NCBI GenBank assembly: GCA_951406725.2
Contig: OX597814.1
Coordinates: 129,828,001 to 129,892,000 of the forward strand
Direction of reading: 5' to 3'
DNA: 64,000 nucleotides
Source: Octopus vulgaris
Lineage: Eukaryota
In this document: piece after piece, positions 16,040 through 28,157 of the stretch
How positions within the stretch are numbered: the first letter of the stretch is position 1
How the letters are laid out: each line of letters starts with the position of its first letter
Made by a program: the position numbers and the translations under genes
The notes under the pieces: generated by a model
Told to the model about the DNA's origin: nothing
Seen by the model: the letters and a program-made list of their open reading frames with translations, nothing else
Databases searched by the model: none

Positions 16040-16560
16040 GTGAGAGAGAGAAAGAGACGTTTGAAATGATGTAAAAAAAGAGTAAGAAAAAAAGCAAGGA
16101 ATATAAAAAAACAATGTTTTGCTCTGATTGGTGTCGTTAAGAAAATGTAAAAATATTACGAGAGCTGGTGAGAGAGTGTGAGAGAATAAATGAAAGAGAA
16201 ACAGGGGGAATGAGAGAGAGAGAGAGAGAGTAAGAGAATGAATGAAAGAGAAACAGGAGGGAATGAGAGAGAGTGTAGGAGATCGAAAGTGAGATAGAGA
16301 TAGTGAGAAAGAGAGAGAAAAGGAGAGAAATAGAGACAGAATGGGCATGGAGAAAAGAGATAGATGGATAGATAAATAGATAGACGGACAGATAGATAGA
16401 TAAATAGATAGACAGATAGAGAGAAAGACAGAATATATGAAACGGAATGCAGAGAGAAAGAGCGAGGCAGAGCGAGAGAGCGAGGTGGGCAGACGACACT
16501 GAAAAGCAAAGTACAAAGAGAGAAGGAAAGGAAGGGAGAAAGTGTAAACGTGAAATAAAA
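15981..16560. repeat. (GA)n/(GATA)n purine-rich low-complexity tract
   Basis: Direct read. Confidence 0.85.
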
Positions 16561-17186
16561 AGAGAAGATACATGATGATAAGATTTTTACAAGCGATGTG
16601 AATTTACTATGTAATCAGTTGACTCGAATAGCCAAGGCAGATGAATTTGAGAAGAAAGCGGGAAGAGCTGAATTGCTTAGATTGATGATATTTATAAATC
16701 ACGACACACTCGCTCTCTCTCTCTATCCCCCCCTATCTCTCAAATATATATATATATATATGCATATATATATATGCATATATAAACACATACATATATA
16801 TATATATATGCATATATATATATGCATATATAAACACATACATTCGTACAGCTTTTTCCACACACACACTCACATATACATAGATGCAAATATCCACACA
16901 CATTTTATATAGTGTTGACGTTCATCTCTTCATTGCAAACACCCACACACATTCTCACATAATACGAAGGTCAATAAATCTATGCTTGGCACGGCTTTTA
17001 TTTTCGTTTTTTTTTTTATTCCTTTTACTTTCATATGCTTTCATTGTTTTCGTCTGTTGTTTTTCCATTTTTTCAAAAATATTTCTTCTTTATCTTTACC
17101 CTTTTCTTTCTTCTTTCTTTTTTCTCCTCCGAACCTTCCCGCTCGTTTCTCTTCTTTCTCGTCAGTTCGAAAAAAAAATCTAGCTC

Positions 17187-17565
17187 AACACCGCCACCAC
17201 CACTACCACCACCACCACCACCACCACCACCACCAACTCCTGCTACCATCGTCCACATCAGCTCCATGGCGATGATGATGACGATGACAACGATGAGACG
17301 TCGACCAACCTCAACGCCAGCATCGCCTATATCAGCATCTCCACCTCCACTAATCTTCACCCCAGTGACTTTCACCACCTTCGTACCACCACCACCACCA
17401 CCACCACCACCACACTACTAACAACAGCATCGACTTCTTTTTCATCACCAACCTTACAGTTTGTCACAACGTTTATCTCACCACCACCAGTACCACCACT
17501 ACCAGCAGCAGTAGCAGCAGCAGCACCACCACAATTTCCACCGCCACCACCACTACCACCACCTC
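17187..17565. repeat. (CAC)n/(CAG)n/(GAT)n compound trinucleotide low-complexity tract
   Basis: Direct read. A similar block lies at 41240-41450. Confidence 0.85.
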
Positions 17566-18329
17566 ATCCCATTATTTCTTGACAACCCACCATTTCCATC
17601 CCCACTTCATTTCCATTATTCATTGTTTTTTTTTTTCATGTATGTTCTTTTTTTCCCCTTTATCCTTCCCTCCCTTTTCTCTGTTAACTTCTTACTAAGA
17701 TCTCTCTCTACTGAGTCTTCACTAAACGTTTATAAAACCTTCCACCATTTTTTCTATGCATTTGTATTTTGACAGCCTCTGCACTATCTTTGCACTTTCG
17801 GATATGTTTTTCTCACACTTTACTTATTTATCCATTTATATATTCATCTATTTATTTATTTACTTATTTATTTATTTTCCATCTGTGGCCTAGACACTTC
17901 AAATGTCTCTGTCCACCACACTGTAAAATAGGTACCACAGGTTATGAATAACTTATCACCCCCATTTATGGTGGAACTGCTTTGAATGTTTATTCCTAGG
18001 CCAGCACATATTGAAAAGACCAGACATTCTAGGCATTCCAGTCGAGACCATCCCGTCGATCATGTAAAGACTCTGTCACTGGGTTCGTTTCTTTTACTTA
18101 TAGTCGTTTCAGTCATCCGACTACCGTAAGGCTGCGGCAGAGTCATGAAGGGTTTAGTCTAATAAATTACCCCAGCATTTATTTGTAAGTTTGCAATTTA
18201 TTCTACCCGAACAAAAAAATTTTAGGGATGTAACGAAACCAACACAGTTGCCACAAACACAACGACACACATGATACAAATAAACATACACACCCATATG
18301 TGCATGTACACACACGCACACACAAACAT

Positions 18330-18915
18330 ACACACAGTGCCACCAGAAATACCTCCGAAAGACACTGTAACTGTAGATCTCCAAACCGCTGTCCTATAAA
18401 TAATAACTGTCTGGACAAAGAACTTGTATAGAAGGCCAAGATCATGGATCCCTACGGAATAACAAAGAGTAACATCGGAATGACGGGCGACTCTTTCAAG
18501 GAAAGAGACATAAAGCCTAGCATCATTCAGGGACAAAAATAAAAGTCATGCGACATCACTCTCCAATATCATATGGATATTGATAGAAGGAGAAGGAAGC
18601 AGCCCCTCAGAAAACATGGAACATCATTGTTAAAGTCAGAAAATATAGAGGACGGTGTTACTACATGTGAGCTTTGTATCACTGAAAAGCTAAGTATCAT
18701 ACAGTCAACCACATATTACATCTTAAATATTAGAAATGAAACATTCTCTCCCTGCATACACAAGCAGAATTTCACACTCATATACTTCAAAGAGAAACCA
18801 ACGCCTGCGCCGCCAACCACACAAGGATAGTTTCTTTCCCTGAACGTGAACATTGAATGTATACAACTCACAAACTCCACAGAGAAGGATCATGCCTCTC
18901 TGATGAACTCCCTCG
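18330..18915 (+). mobile_element. Penelope-like element 3' fragment (GIY-YIG endonuclease remnant)
   Basis: HCNCRSPNRCPINNNCLDKELV*KA...NIGMTGDSFKER...HATSLS..IW...CELCITEKLSII...LNIRNE.FSPCIHK. An orphan CTGATGA follows at 18900-18906. Confidence 0.85.
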
Positions 18916-19528
18916 GCACACAAACATACAAACATCAAACATCCAGAATATGATACAATATAATGCAAACAAATGCACTATCCAACACGGTTTTCCCCGC
19001 AAAAGTCAAGCCCAAAGTAGATAATCACTCAAAATGTGTCATCCAAGAGTAGCGCCGCTAGATTTCTTGTTTTCTTTACGAGACGTTTTGTGAATTCCTA
19101 AGACTTTTTCCGAGATTTTCCGTGTTTTCATCCAAATTGGAGACGAACACCATTCCTTCATATGATCAGCTTGAAAAATTGTTAAGATATTAAGATATTT
19201 TCTTAACATGAAACCAAAAGTAGCATACACACACGCACACACAGTGCAAAGTTCAATATAAAAAATTTCCATATGTGAATTATAGTGAAAATTATAAAAA
19301 GAAGGAAAATGCACAGAAATTTTTTGTTGGATAAAATATGTCATATATATTTTTAGGAAGTAAAATATTTACATAATCAGTTTTCCTTGATAAGTTTATT
19401 AATTTGTGTTTTCACTGTATGCTTTATTCCGAAGTGTTATATATATATAAAAAGACACTTCTTTTTACATACTGAACACTACTTGTAAAATTAATTAATA
19501 ATTAATTAATTTTACCCTTTTATTATTG

Positions 19529-19580
<52 letters not shown>

Positions 19581-19605
19581 TTAATAATTAATTAATTATA
19601 TTATA

Positions 19606-19667
<62 letters not shown>

Positions 19668-19669
19668 CT

Positions 19670-19777
19670 GTGGAGGCGCAATGGCCCCGTGGTTAGGGTA
19701 GCGGACTCGCGGTTGTAGGACCGCGGTTTCGATTCCCACACCGGGCGTTGTGAGTGTTTATTGAGCGAAAACACCTG

Positions 19778-19829
<52 letters not shown>

Positions 19830-20090
19830 CATGCATATACATATATGTATGTATGTATGTGTTTGTGTGTCTGTGTTTGTCCTCCCAACATCACTTAACA
19901 ACCGATGCCGATGTGCTTACGCCTCCGTAACTTAGCGGTTCAGCATAAGAGACCGAGAGAATAACTACTAGTCTTAAAATGAATAAGTCTTGGGGTCGAT
20001 TTGCTCGATTAAAACGCTGCTCCAGCATGACCACAGTAAAATGACTGAAACAAATAAAAGAATAAACGAATAATGGCATCAATTCGTCCA
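19670..20090 (+). mobile_element. Chimeric SINE: family C head joined by a microsatellite to a family A tail
   Basis: 19670-19777 matches the family C head and 19850-20090 matches the family A 3' half. Confidence 0.75.
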
Positions 20091-20975
20091 GCTTGAACTT
20101 TTCACATTCTCTGTTGACTCTACCAGTATATGTGGTGTAGTCCTCTTCTTGGTTCAAACATTTCTAACGTGCATTGAACAACGAGCTTTTCTTACTAAAA
20201 ATTTTACACAATATGTATATAGTATCTTTAAAGTATAATTTCAGAAGGTTTTTATCAGAAGTACGTAATTGATGTAACGCTCATGTTCTCCTGCTGCCAT
20301 TTTTCTTATGATTAAACGCAATTTCATATCGTCATCCCAATCTGTGCACTCTTTATTGAAGATTTGTTCATATCTTCTATAGTAAACATCGAAGGTAACT
20401 CCTTCGTCTGGTTCGTACTTAAACTCTGCTACTGAGTTCGCAACGTAATCTGGTGAGAACATTTTTTCAGCATTTCCTGACGACTTACTCTTCATTAATA
20501 GCAACATTTGTTGCTGTATTAGTAATTGTTGTTGTTGCTTCTGCTGTTGTTCTTGCATTTGTAGCTGCTGCTCTTGTTGTGCTATCAGATGTTTTCGCTG
20601 TTGTTGCTTCAGCTGTTGGCCTTGCTGTTGTAGCTGCTGTTGTTGTTCTTTCAGTTGTTGTTCTTGCTGTTTTCGCTACTGGAGCAAACTAGCCAACAAA
20701 TTTCCCATAATTTTACGATTTTCTTCTCGGAAAATTCACACAGAAGAAAAAAATGTGAGTTTGTTAATTCCTCGTCGCGCTGTTGATGTCGGATTGTAAT
20801 AACGCCCACTTCGATACAGCAGTGACGTTGTTAGACCAGTCAAGATACGACTATCAAAGAACGTTTTCTTCGTACTCTTTCCCTACTCTGACCGATGCCA
20901 CCTATTTATAGTGATTAGCACATACCATTCATTACTGAGGAGGACTGCACTCTTATTGCTATTATCCCCACAACA
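20091..20975 (-). mobile_element. Gypsy-type LTR retrotransposon 5' fragment (LTR, PBS, degenerate gag)
   Basis: LTR 20781-20975 with TGTTG...CAACA ends and TATAAATA. PBS-like GCGCGACGAGG. gag from ATG at 20708 contains F.Y.PDEG.TF..YY.RYE.IF...W.DD.K.RL..RK....EH.RY.NY.L and EDY..Y..RVNRECEKF. Confidence 0.85.
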
Positions 20976-23327
20976 GTAATTCACTTTCTGCTTTCATTTT
21001 CTCTAATGTTAATTCCTCCTTTCGTTGTTTCAGTTGTCCAAGTTATTCTGTGATTGGTTTTATCAATACTTTGCGTGGAAAGACCAACGATATCGAGGTC
21101 ATCCATTGTTCATATATTTCTACTTTGTTATTATTTTTAAGCATGTTCCAAAATGCGTATTTTTTAGCGTTTAAATTTTAGTTCCAAATGTAGCTAATAC
21201 GGTTTTTCATTAAATATTCTGTTGTTGGTATATTTTCATTATTTGTTTCGTTTTGGGGGCATTTCTCTTTTCAAATCGAATGTAAAATTGTGCATAATTG
21301 ATCTAAATACACACACACACACATGTATATGAAATGCGTGTTAATGTGTATGTATGTGCGTGTATGTGAGCACGTGTTTGTCATCCCCTACCGCATGATA
21401 AACGGTGTTGGTTTGCTCACGTCTCCATAATTTAGCGGTTCGGCAAAAGAAAACGATAGAATAAGTACCAGATAAAAAAGGGAATGAAAAGGAAAGAAGA
21501 AAAGGGGAGAATTTGTTCGATTGAAACTCTTCAAGGCGGTTCCCTAGCATGGTTACAGTCCAATGAGTAAAACATGTAAAGAATAAAATATTCAAATTTG
21601 CTAAAATGGAAGAGTAGCATGTTCACATTAGAACTACGTGTCGTCGGGTTCAATGCCACCGTGTAACACTTTGTGCAAGTCTTTGCAAATCATAGCTTCG
21701 TGGTGACCAAAACTTGTGAGTAAAATTTGATACAAGGAATTTGCGTGGAATGTCTCATATTTTCGATTGTGGAAAGAAATTGAGTACATCTCCCTTGAGT
21801 AATAGCTAACAAACTGTAAAACGAGGACGTCAGAGGTCTCACTACTTACATTGAAAGTATAGGAGGAACGTGTTTACATTCTTACAATTTCCTCTCACAC
21901 CTAAGGCTCTCAAATATTTACCCACGTACATACACACATACAGGCATACACATAGACACACAGAGACACACAGATACAGAGACACGTATACACACATACA
22001 TATACGTTATACACTCACCGACAGACACACACACACATGCAGACACAGACACAAGGTACTGATCAACTTGACTGAGGAAGATCATCTTTGCTTAAGATGT
22101 CGCACCCGGAACTACGAGATTTCGAAGCAAACGCCTTAACCATGTAGCCACCAATACACTCGACTACTTCCATTTCTCTTCAATAATAAAATTCCGAAGT
22201 TGAAAATGGATACGTTCTATGAAACAGTGGCTGCGGAATAGAAAAAAGAGACAAGTCTGGACTAAATGCTTTGTAGCATTCTGATTTGATCCTCAAACTT
22301 TTGAGTGCAAACTCCACAAAGGTCAATTTTAGCATTCGTCTCTTCGGGGGTCAATAAAATCACTGTTAGTAATGTACTGAGATCGATACAATCGAATATG
22401 TATATCCTTTGAAAAGTAAGTGATCTTTGTACTTAGTCAAAGAAATCAATATTTCCAAGCGTTTTAACATAAGTATCAGTTTGGCAACGTCAAATGGTTT
22501 TCACATTCGATGGGTTGAAATACAAATTTAACAGTAGCTTAATTACAATGGAGAAAGTATAGAATCGAATCTAGCATTTACTGGCTTCATCGCTACATTT
22601 AATTCTAGTTCCTTCCTCCCTTTCTCTTTAATATCGGTCCATGTTCTTCTAAAGTTATCGACTGTATCATAACCGTGAAAGCCATTGTAAGTGATCTTAC
22701 TCCCCTCTCAAACAATTTATAACTAGACTGACTGAACAATTCACTAATGTATTGGCCACGAAAACAACGCTCGGAGCTACGCACTGCTAGCCTTCCAAGT
22801 GGTTGTCCAATTCTTATAGAGTATAATGTTCGTTGTGACACATTTCTAGATTCAGATTTCGACTGCAATCTTTTCATACGCAAACGCGAAAGCCTTTACG
22901 TCGTCAGTTAACTTCTCAGAAATAGCAGCTAAATTTAATCTAAAATCTTTCTCTAAGGTCACAAACAGTTGACGAAGAATTAGGTAATGTAATCGTTCTA
23001 AGAGTTTATATATAAAAAATAAATACATGGTTTCAAGTTTTAGCACAAGGCCAGTAAGTTTGGGAGAAGGGATAAGTCGGTTACATCGACCTCAGCGCTC
23101 AACTGGTACTTACTTTTACGACCCTGAAAGAATGATAGGCAAAGATAATCGCGGTGGAATTTGAATTCAGGACGTAAAGCAGTGGAAGAGATGCCGTTGA
23201 AGCATATTGTCCAACGTGCTAACGATTCTGCCTGCTTGCCAATACCAGGTGGTCAAAGCTGGAACGTCTTTGGTCATGGTCAGCTTAATCAAGATTGAGT
23301 TGTTTTTGCCGAAGTAAGAAAAACAAT

Positions 23328-23587
23328 GTGGAGGCGCGTAGCTTAGTGGGTAGGGTGGCAGCATCATGATCGTAAGATTGTGGTTTCAGTTCCTGGACCG
23401 GGCGACGCGTTGTGTTCTTGAGCAAAACACTTCATTTCACGTTGCTCCAGTCCACTCAGCTGGTAAAAATGAGTAACGCTGCGATGGATTGGCGTCTCGT
23501 CCAGCTGGGGAACACATACGCCATTAAAACCGGGAAACCGGGCCCATAAGCCTGGCTAGGCTTTAAAAAGGGCGCATACATTTTTTA
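23328..23587 (+). mobile_element. tRNA-derived SINE family E
   Basis: tRNA-like head, 3' region shared with family C (GGCGTCYCGTCCAG...GAAACCGG), and TSD aagaaaaRcaat. Confidence 0.85.
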
Positions 23588-23744
23588 AAGAAAAGCAATA
23601 ACAACAACAACAGCAACGACAACAATAACATCATCAACAACTTTTCATTGACAGTAGAAAACTTTTTAAAAATAAACTCTCTCGATATCTTCCTTGCTCT
23701 TTACTGTCTCATAACTTGCGTTTACACTCTAAATATAATTTTAC

Positions 23745-24153
23745 TATACTCTTTTACTTGTTTCAGTCATATGACTGTGGCCATGCTGGAGCACCGCCTT
23801 TAGTCGAGCAAATCGACCCCAGGACTTATTCTTTGTAAGCCTAGTACTTATTTTATCGGTCTCTTTTGCCAAACCGCTAAGTGATGGGGTCGTAAACACA
23901 CCAGCATCGGCTGTCAAGCGATGTTGTGGGACAAACACAGACACACAAACATACACACACACTCAAACATATATATATATATACATATATACGACGGGCT
24001 TCTTTCAGTTTCTGTCTACCAAATCTACTCACAAAGCTTTGGTCGGCCCGAGTCTATAGTAGAAGACACTTGCCCAAGTTGCCAGGCAGTGGGACTGAAC
24101 CCGTGCCATCTGGTTGGTTAACAAGCTACTTACCACACAGCCACTCCTATGCC
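23745..24153 (-). mobile_element. SINE family A
   Basis: Full-length homolog of 8619-9057. Confidence 0.9.
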
Positions 24154-24461
24154 TAGTTAGAATAAATTTAATGACTTTTTTCTACCAGTGGTATTAATCG
24201 ATGGGTGAATAGTTCCTTCGAATTCAGAGAGAAAGGAAAATTGAGTTATAATGCCCATATTATTGCCAAAGTCATCGAGGGAACCTCTACAAGATCAATC
24301 GACGTAAATTAAAAACTAACAGTAACTTTTTTTTTTTAAATACATCTACCGCCATAAAAGAAGACAGGACACACTGAATAATACAGTGTTGGATATATAT
24401 ATACAGGTTGAAAATATGTGGAAAACACATAAAAGTGGAAGAAAAATGCCTTCGTTTCACA

Positions 24462-24873
24462 TACTCTTTTACTCGTTTACTTGTCTCAGTCATTTGACTG
24501 CGGCCATGCTGGAGCACCGCCTTTTAGTCGAGCAAATCGACCCCGGGACTTATTCTTTGTAAGCCTAGTACTTATTTTATCGGTCTCTTTTGCCAAACCG
24601 CTAAGTGATGGGGTCGTAAACACACCAGCATCGGCTGTCAAGCGATGTTGTGGGACAAACACAGACACACAAACATACACACACACTCAAACATATATAT
24701 ATACATATATACGACGGGCTTCTTTCAGTTTCTGTCTACCAAATCCACTCACAAAGCTTTGGTCGGCCCGAGTCTATAGTAGAAGACACTTGCCCAAGTT
24801 GCCAGGCAGTGGGACTGAACCCGTGCCATCTGGTTGGTTAGCAAGCTACTTACCACACAGCCACTCCTGCGCC
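24462..24873 (-). mobile_element. SINE family A (mosaic copy)
   Basis: Body nearly identical to 23745-24153. Tail and flank match 25288-25440. Confidence 0.9.
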
Positions 24874-24879
24874 TATTAA

Positions 24880-25220
24880 TATCTTTTTATAAAGAACATT
24901 TTAAAAAATATATATACATATTTTATGGATGTCGTGATATCCAACCGGTTTCCGCTATTTAAATTAACTTTTCAACGGACATAGTGAAGTAACCAATTCT
25001 TGTGGCAAAGGAGTCTTACCATTTTGGATACTTGAAAAATATCAATGAGTCTAGAGAGTCGACAAAGGGAGGCAACAGGTGGAAAGGGGGAGACTAACTC
25101 CTCAGTATAATGTTTAAGTGTATATTAAGGTGAGAGTCTATACTTTTGTATGAACAGGTTTTCCTTGTTTAGGCATTCTTGTAAGGAGATTGAATCTTTA
25201 CATTGTTATATCGGAAAGAT
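24880..25220 (-). mobile_element. Penelope-like 3' end with a degenerate hammerhead (24937-24982)
   Basis: IFPI*QCKDSISLQECLNKENLFIQKY..HLN resembles a GIY-YIG C-terminus. Downstream: atgtcc..gtta-loop-tagc-gGAAA-ccgg-TT-ggatat. Confidence 0.6.
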
Positions 25221-25340
25221 AGGTTGATAGACAGATATAGATAGATAAATAGAGAGAGAGAGAGAGAGAGCGGAAGATAGTGAGTGTGAAAATATGTGGA
25301 AAACACATAAAAGTGGAAGAAAAATGCCTTCGTTTCACAT

Positions 25341-25553
25341 ACTCTTTTACTCGTTTACTTGTTTCAGTCATTTGACTGCGGCCATGCTGGAGCACCGCCT
25401 TTTAGTCGAGCAAATCGACCCCGGGACTTATTCTTTGTAAGCCTAGTACTTATTCTATCGGTATCTTTTGCCGAACCGCTAAGTGACGGGGACATAAACA
25501 CACCAGCATTGGTTGTCAAGCAATGCTAGGGGGACAAACACAGACACACAAAC

Positions 25554-25598
<45 letters not shown>

Positions 25599-25600
25599 CG
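25341..25600 (-). mobile_element. SINE family A, 3' half
   Basis: Truncated at the internal (TA)n. Confidence 0.88.
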
Positions 25601-26237
25601 AGAATGAAGCAACAAGAATGGATAGGTTTTTAGTACAATCGTTTCATACAAGGACAGGTTTTATTAAAAGTTGCAAAAATTACAGCATATAAACGTGTCC
25701 CGTACTCATCAGCTAAAATACATGTGAGTTCTCTAGACATCCTAGTGGTTGAGGCTATACTCATGAAGTAATGTAGATAATTAAGTAACATAAACAGATT
25801 TCAAAAGTTCATTAAAGTTCTTTAAAGATGATGTACAGTCTTATCACAGAATTTTAAAAAAAGTCTTAATAGCATCACAGAGAAGGTGACCCAATCCATA
25901 GTGCACATATGAATTTCCAGAGATATGATGAGGGATTACATACTCACAGAAGGCAAATTTATCCATTGTTAATTACAACGAGGTGGGTTTCAATTCCTGC
26001 TTATTAGCATTACAGAGAGGGTGAATTAATCCTTTGTATAGATGCACAATTTCCAATGGTGTAGGTGTAAATTTCCAAGGAATTTCATATTCACAGGCGA
26101 TAAATTTATCAATGGTTGAACACAATGAGGTAGGTATCAATTCTTGCTATATGATTAGGTATTTGCCACATTAATCACATTACTGCTATTTACAAGAGGC
26201 TAGCCTCTTGTAAATAGCAGTAATGTGATTAATGTGG

Positions 26238-26243
<6 letters not shown>
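25601..26243 (-). mobile_element. Hammerhead-bearing Penelope/retrozyme-like insert (family H2) with a 5' fold-back
   Basis: Contains the hammerhead at 25628-25718, ~140-bp degenerate internal direct repeats, and a perfect 84-bp palindrome at 26160-26243. Confidence 0.6.
25628..25718 (-). ncRNA. Type-I minimal hammerhead ribozyme with intact core
   Basis: ttttag-CTGATGA-gtacgggacacgttt...aaacctgtccttgtat-GAAA-cgattg-TA-ctaaaa. It has a 6-bp stem I, a long stem II, a near-palindromic stem III and a GUA triplet. Confidence 0.75.
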
Positions 26244-26285
<42 letters not shown>

Positions 26286-26294
<9 letters not shown>

Positions 26295-26540
26295 TTGCGC
26301 GCACGTGTGTGTGTGTGTAAGTGTGAGTAAACGTTTGTGTGTCTGTGTTTGTCCCCTACAAAATCGCTTGACAACCGATGCTGGTGTGTTTACGTCCCCA
26401 TAACTTAGCGATTCGGCAAAAGACACCGATAGAATAAGTACTAGGCTTACAAAGAATAAGTCCTGGGGGCGATTTTCTCGACTAAAGGCGGTGCTCCAGC
26501 ATGACCACAGTCAAATGACTGAAACAAGTAAAAGAGTACA
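26286..26540 (+). mobile_element. SINE family A, 3' half
   Basis: Inverted relative to 25341-25600. Confidence 0.88.
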
Positions 26541-27274
26541 GAATTTTAATTCAGAATGCAAAGACATGGGGACCGCTCAAACTGCTACAGATTCTTCGTA
26601 TAATTCTTCTTCAAAAGTCTATTAATCTGAAACTTCTTATCTCGAACATCAATCACACTTATATAGCCCTGTTATATCTACACAGCATCTAGAAGCACCT
26701 GAATGGGATCTGGAAGTAACCCTTAGCGTTTCTAAGACTAGTGAAAATAGGAAACGCTCTGTCTGTGATATCGGTAATGGGTCTAACTATTTCGATAAAT
26801 ATTGACTGAGATTGAAATCAATACAGAGTTATTAGGAAGCCATGTTGTGTCTTGGTCTTTCATTTTCTGCTTCATTTATCAGGCAGCAACGCTGACGAAT
26901 GATGAGAGATTGCGATGGTGTGAGTAAGAGAGAGAAGAGGGAAAAGGCTTACTGCTAGGGTCGAATAATAACCATTCGAATTCTGAAAGATTATTGGGGC
27001 TTGATATCAGTAAAAGACAAAACAGAAAAAAAGATGTCTTAAATAAGTCTATTGTTTAACCCCAATTCAGTTCTGATTCAACAATTCTATAATGAAAAGA
27101 GTTCCATTCTTTTGCATATCTGTAACTGTTCTGTCCATTGTGTCCTTACACATACATGCACACATACATACATACATACATACATACATACATACATACA
27201 TACATACATACATACATACACAACAACATACATACATGTGTGTGTGTTTATGCGTATATGGTTGCTGATTATAC

Positions 27275-27305
<31 letters not shown>

Positions 27306-27754
27306 TGTATGTATGTATGTATGTGTGTATGTATGTGTGTATGTATGTATGTACGTATGTACGTAAGGGATTCACAATTAGACACAAGGCCACACAGTTT
27401 TGAGGGAAGGAGGCTAAATCTATATCTTCGATTCCCAGCACTTTATAGTGATATTTGACAAAATTTATTTGCTATTTCTAGCAGATGTGTTGGGCCTCGT
27501 AGATTATGAATCCGCAAATAAATAAATAAATAAATAAAAAATAATAAAAATAAATCTGGCGGTGAGAACATTTGCGCTTTTTTTTCCAAGTTTTGTTGAC
27601 ATTTTCGGATGTTTGTTTTTTTTGAGAAAATTTATCTGCTATTTCCAGCAGGTAAAATGACCACGTTGAAACTCTCTCGCTGGTTCACTATAAACTAAAA
27701 AGTTGTGTTAAGAGAACGTATTAAACGGCAGAATCTCTCAGCAAAGAATAAGAA

Positions 27755-28157
27755 AATATTCTTTTCTGTTCTAGGCACAAGGCCTGAAAATTTTGGGGAG
27801 GGAGCCAGTCGATTATTTCGACCCCAGTACGCAACTGGTACTTAATTTATCGATCCCGAAAGGATGAAAGGCAAAGTCGACCTCAGCAGAATTCGAACTC
27901 GGAATGTAAGGACAGATGAAATACCTATTTCATTACTACCCACAAGGGGTTAAACACAGAGAAGACAAACAAGGACAGACAAACGGATTAAGTGAATTTT
28001 ATCGACCCCAGTGCGCAACTGGTACTTATATAATCGACCCCGAAAGGATGAAAGGCAAAGTCGACCTCGTCGAAATTTGAACTCAGAACGTAGCGGCAGA
28101 CGAAATACAGCTACGCATTTCCCCCGGCGTGTTAACATTTCTGCCAGCTCGCCGCCT
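27755..28157 (-). mobile_element. SINE family B dimer (head + long-tail body + short-tail body)
   Basis: Junction GAAATACC|TATTTC at ~27925. Confidence 0.85.

Noticed and set aside
17035-17421. Poly-Pro/His/Gly ORFs (also 41183-41453 and 50615-51298)
   Set aside because: They are low-complexity repeats open in several frames with no domain content.
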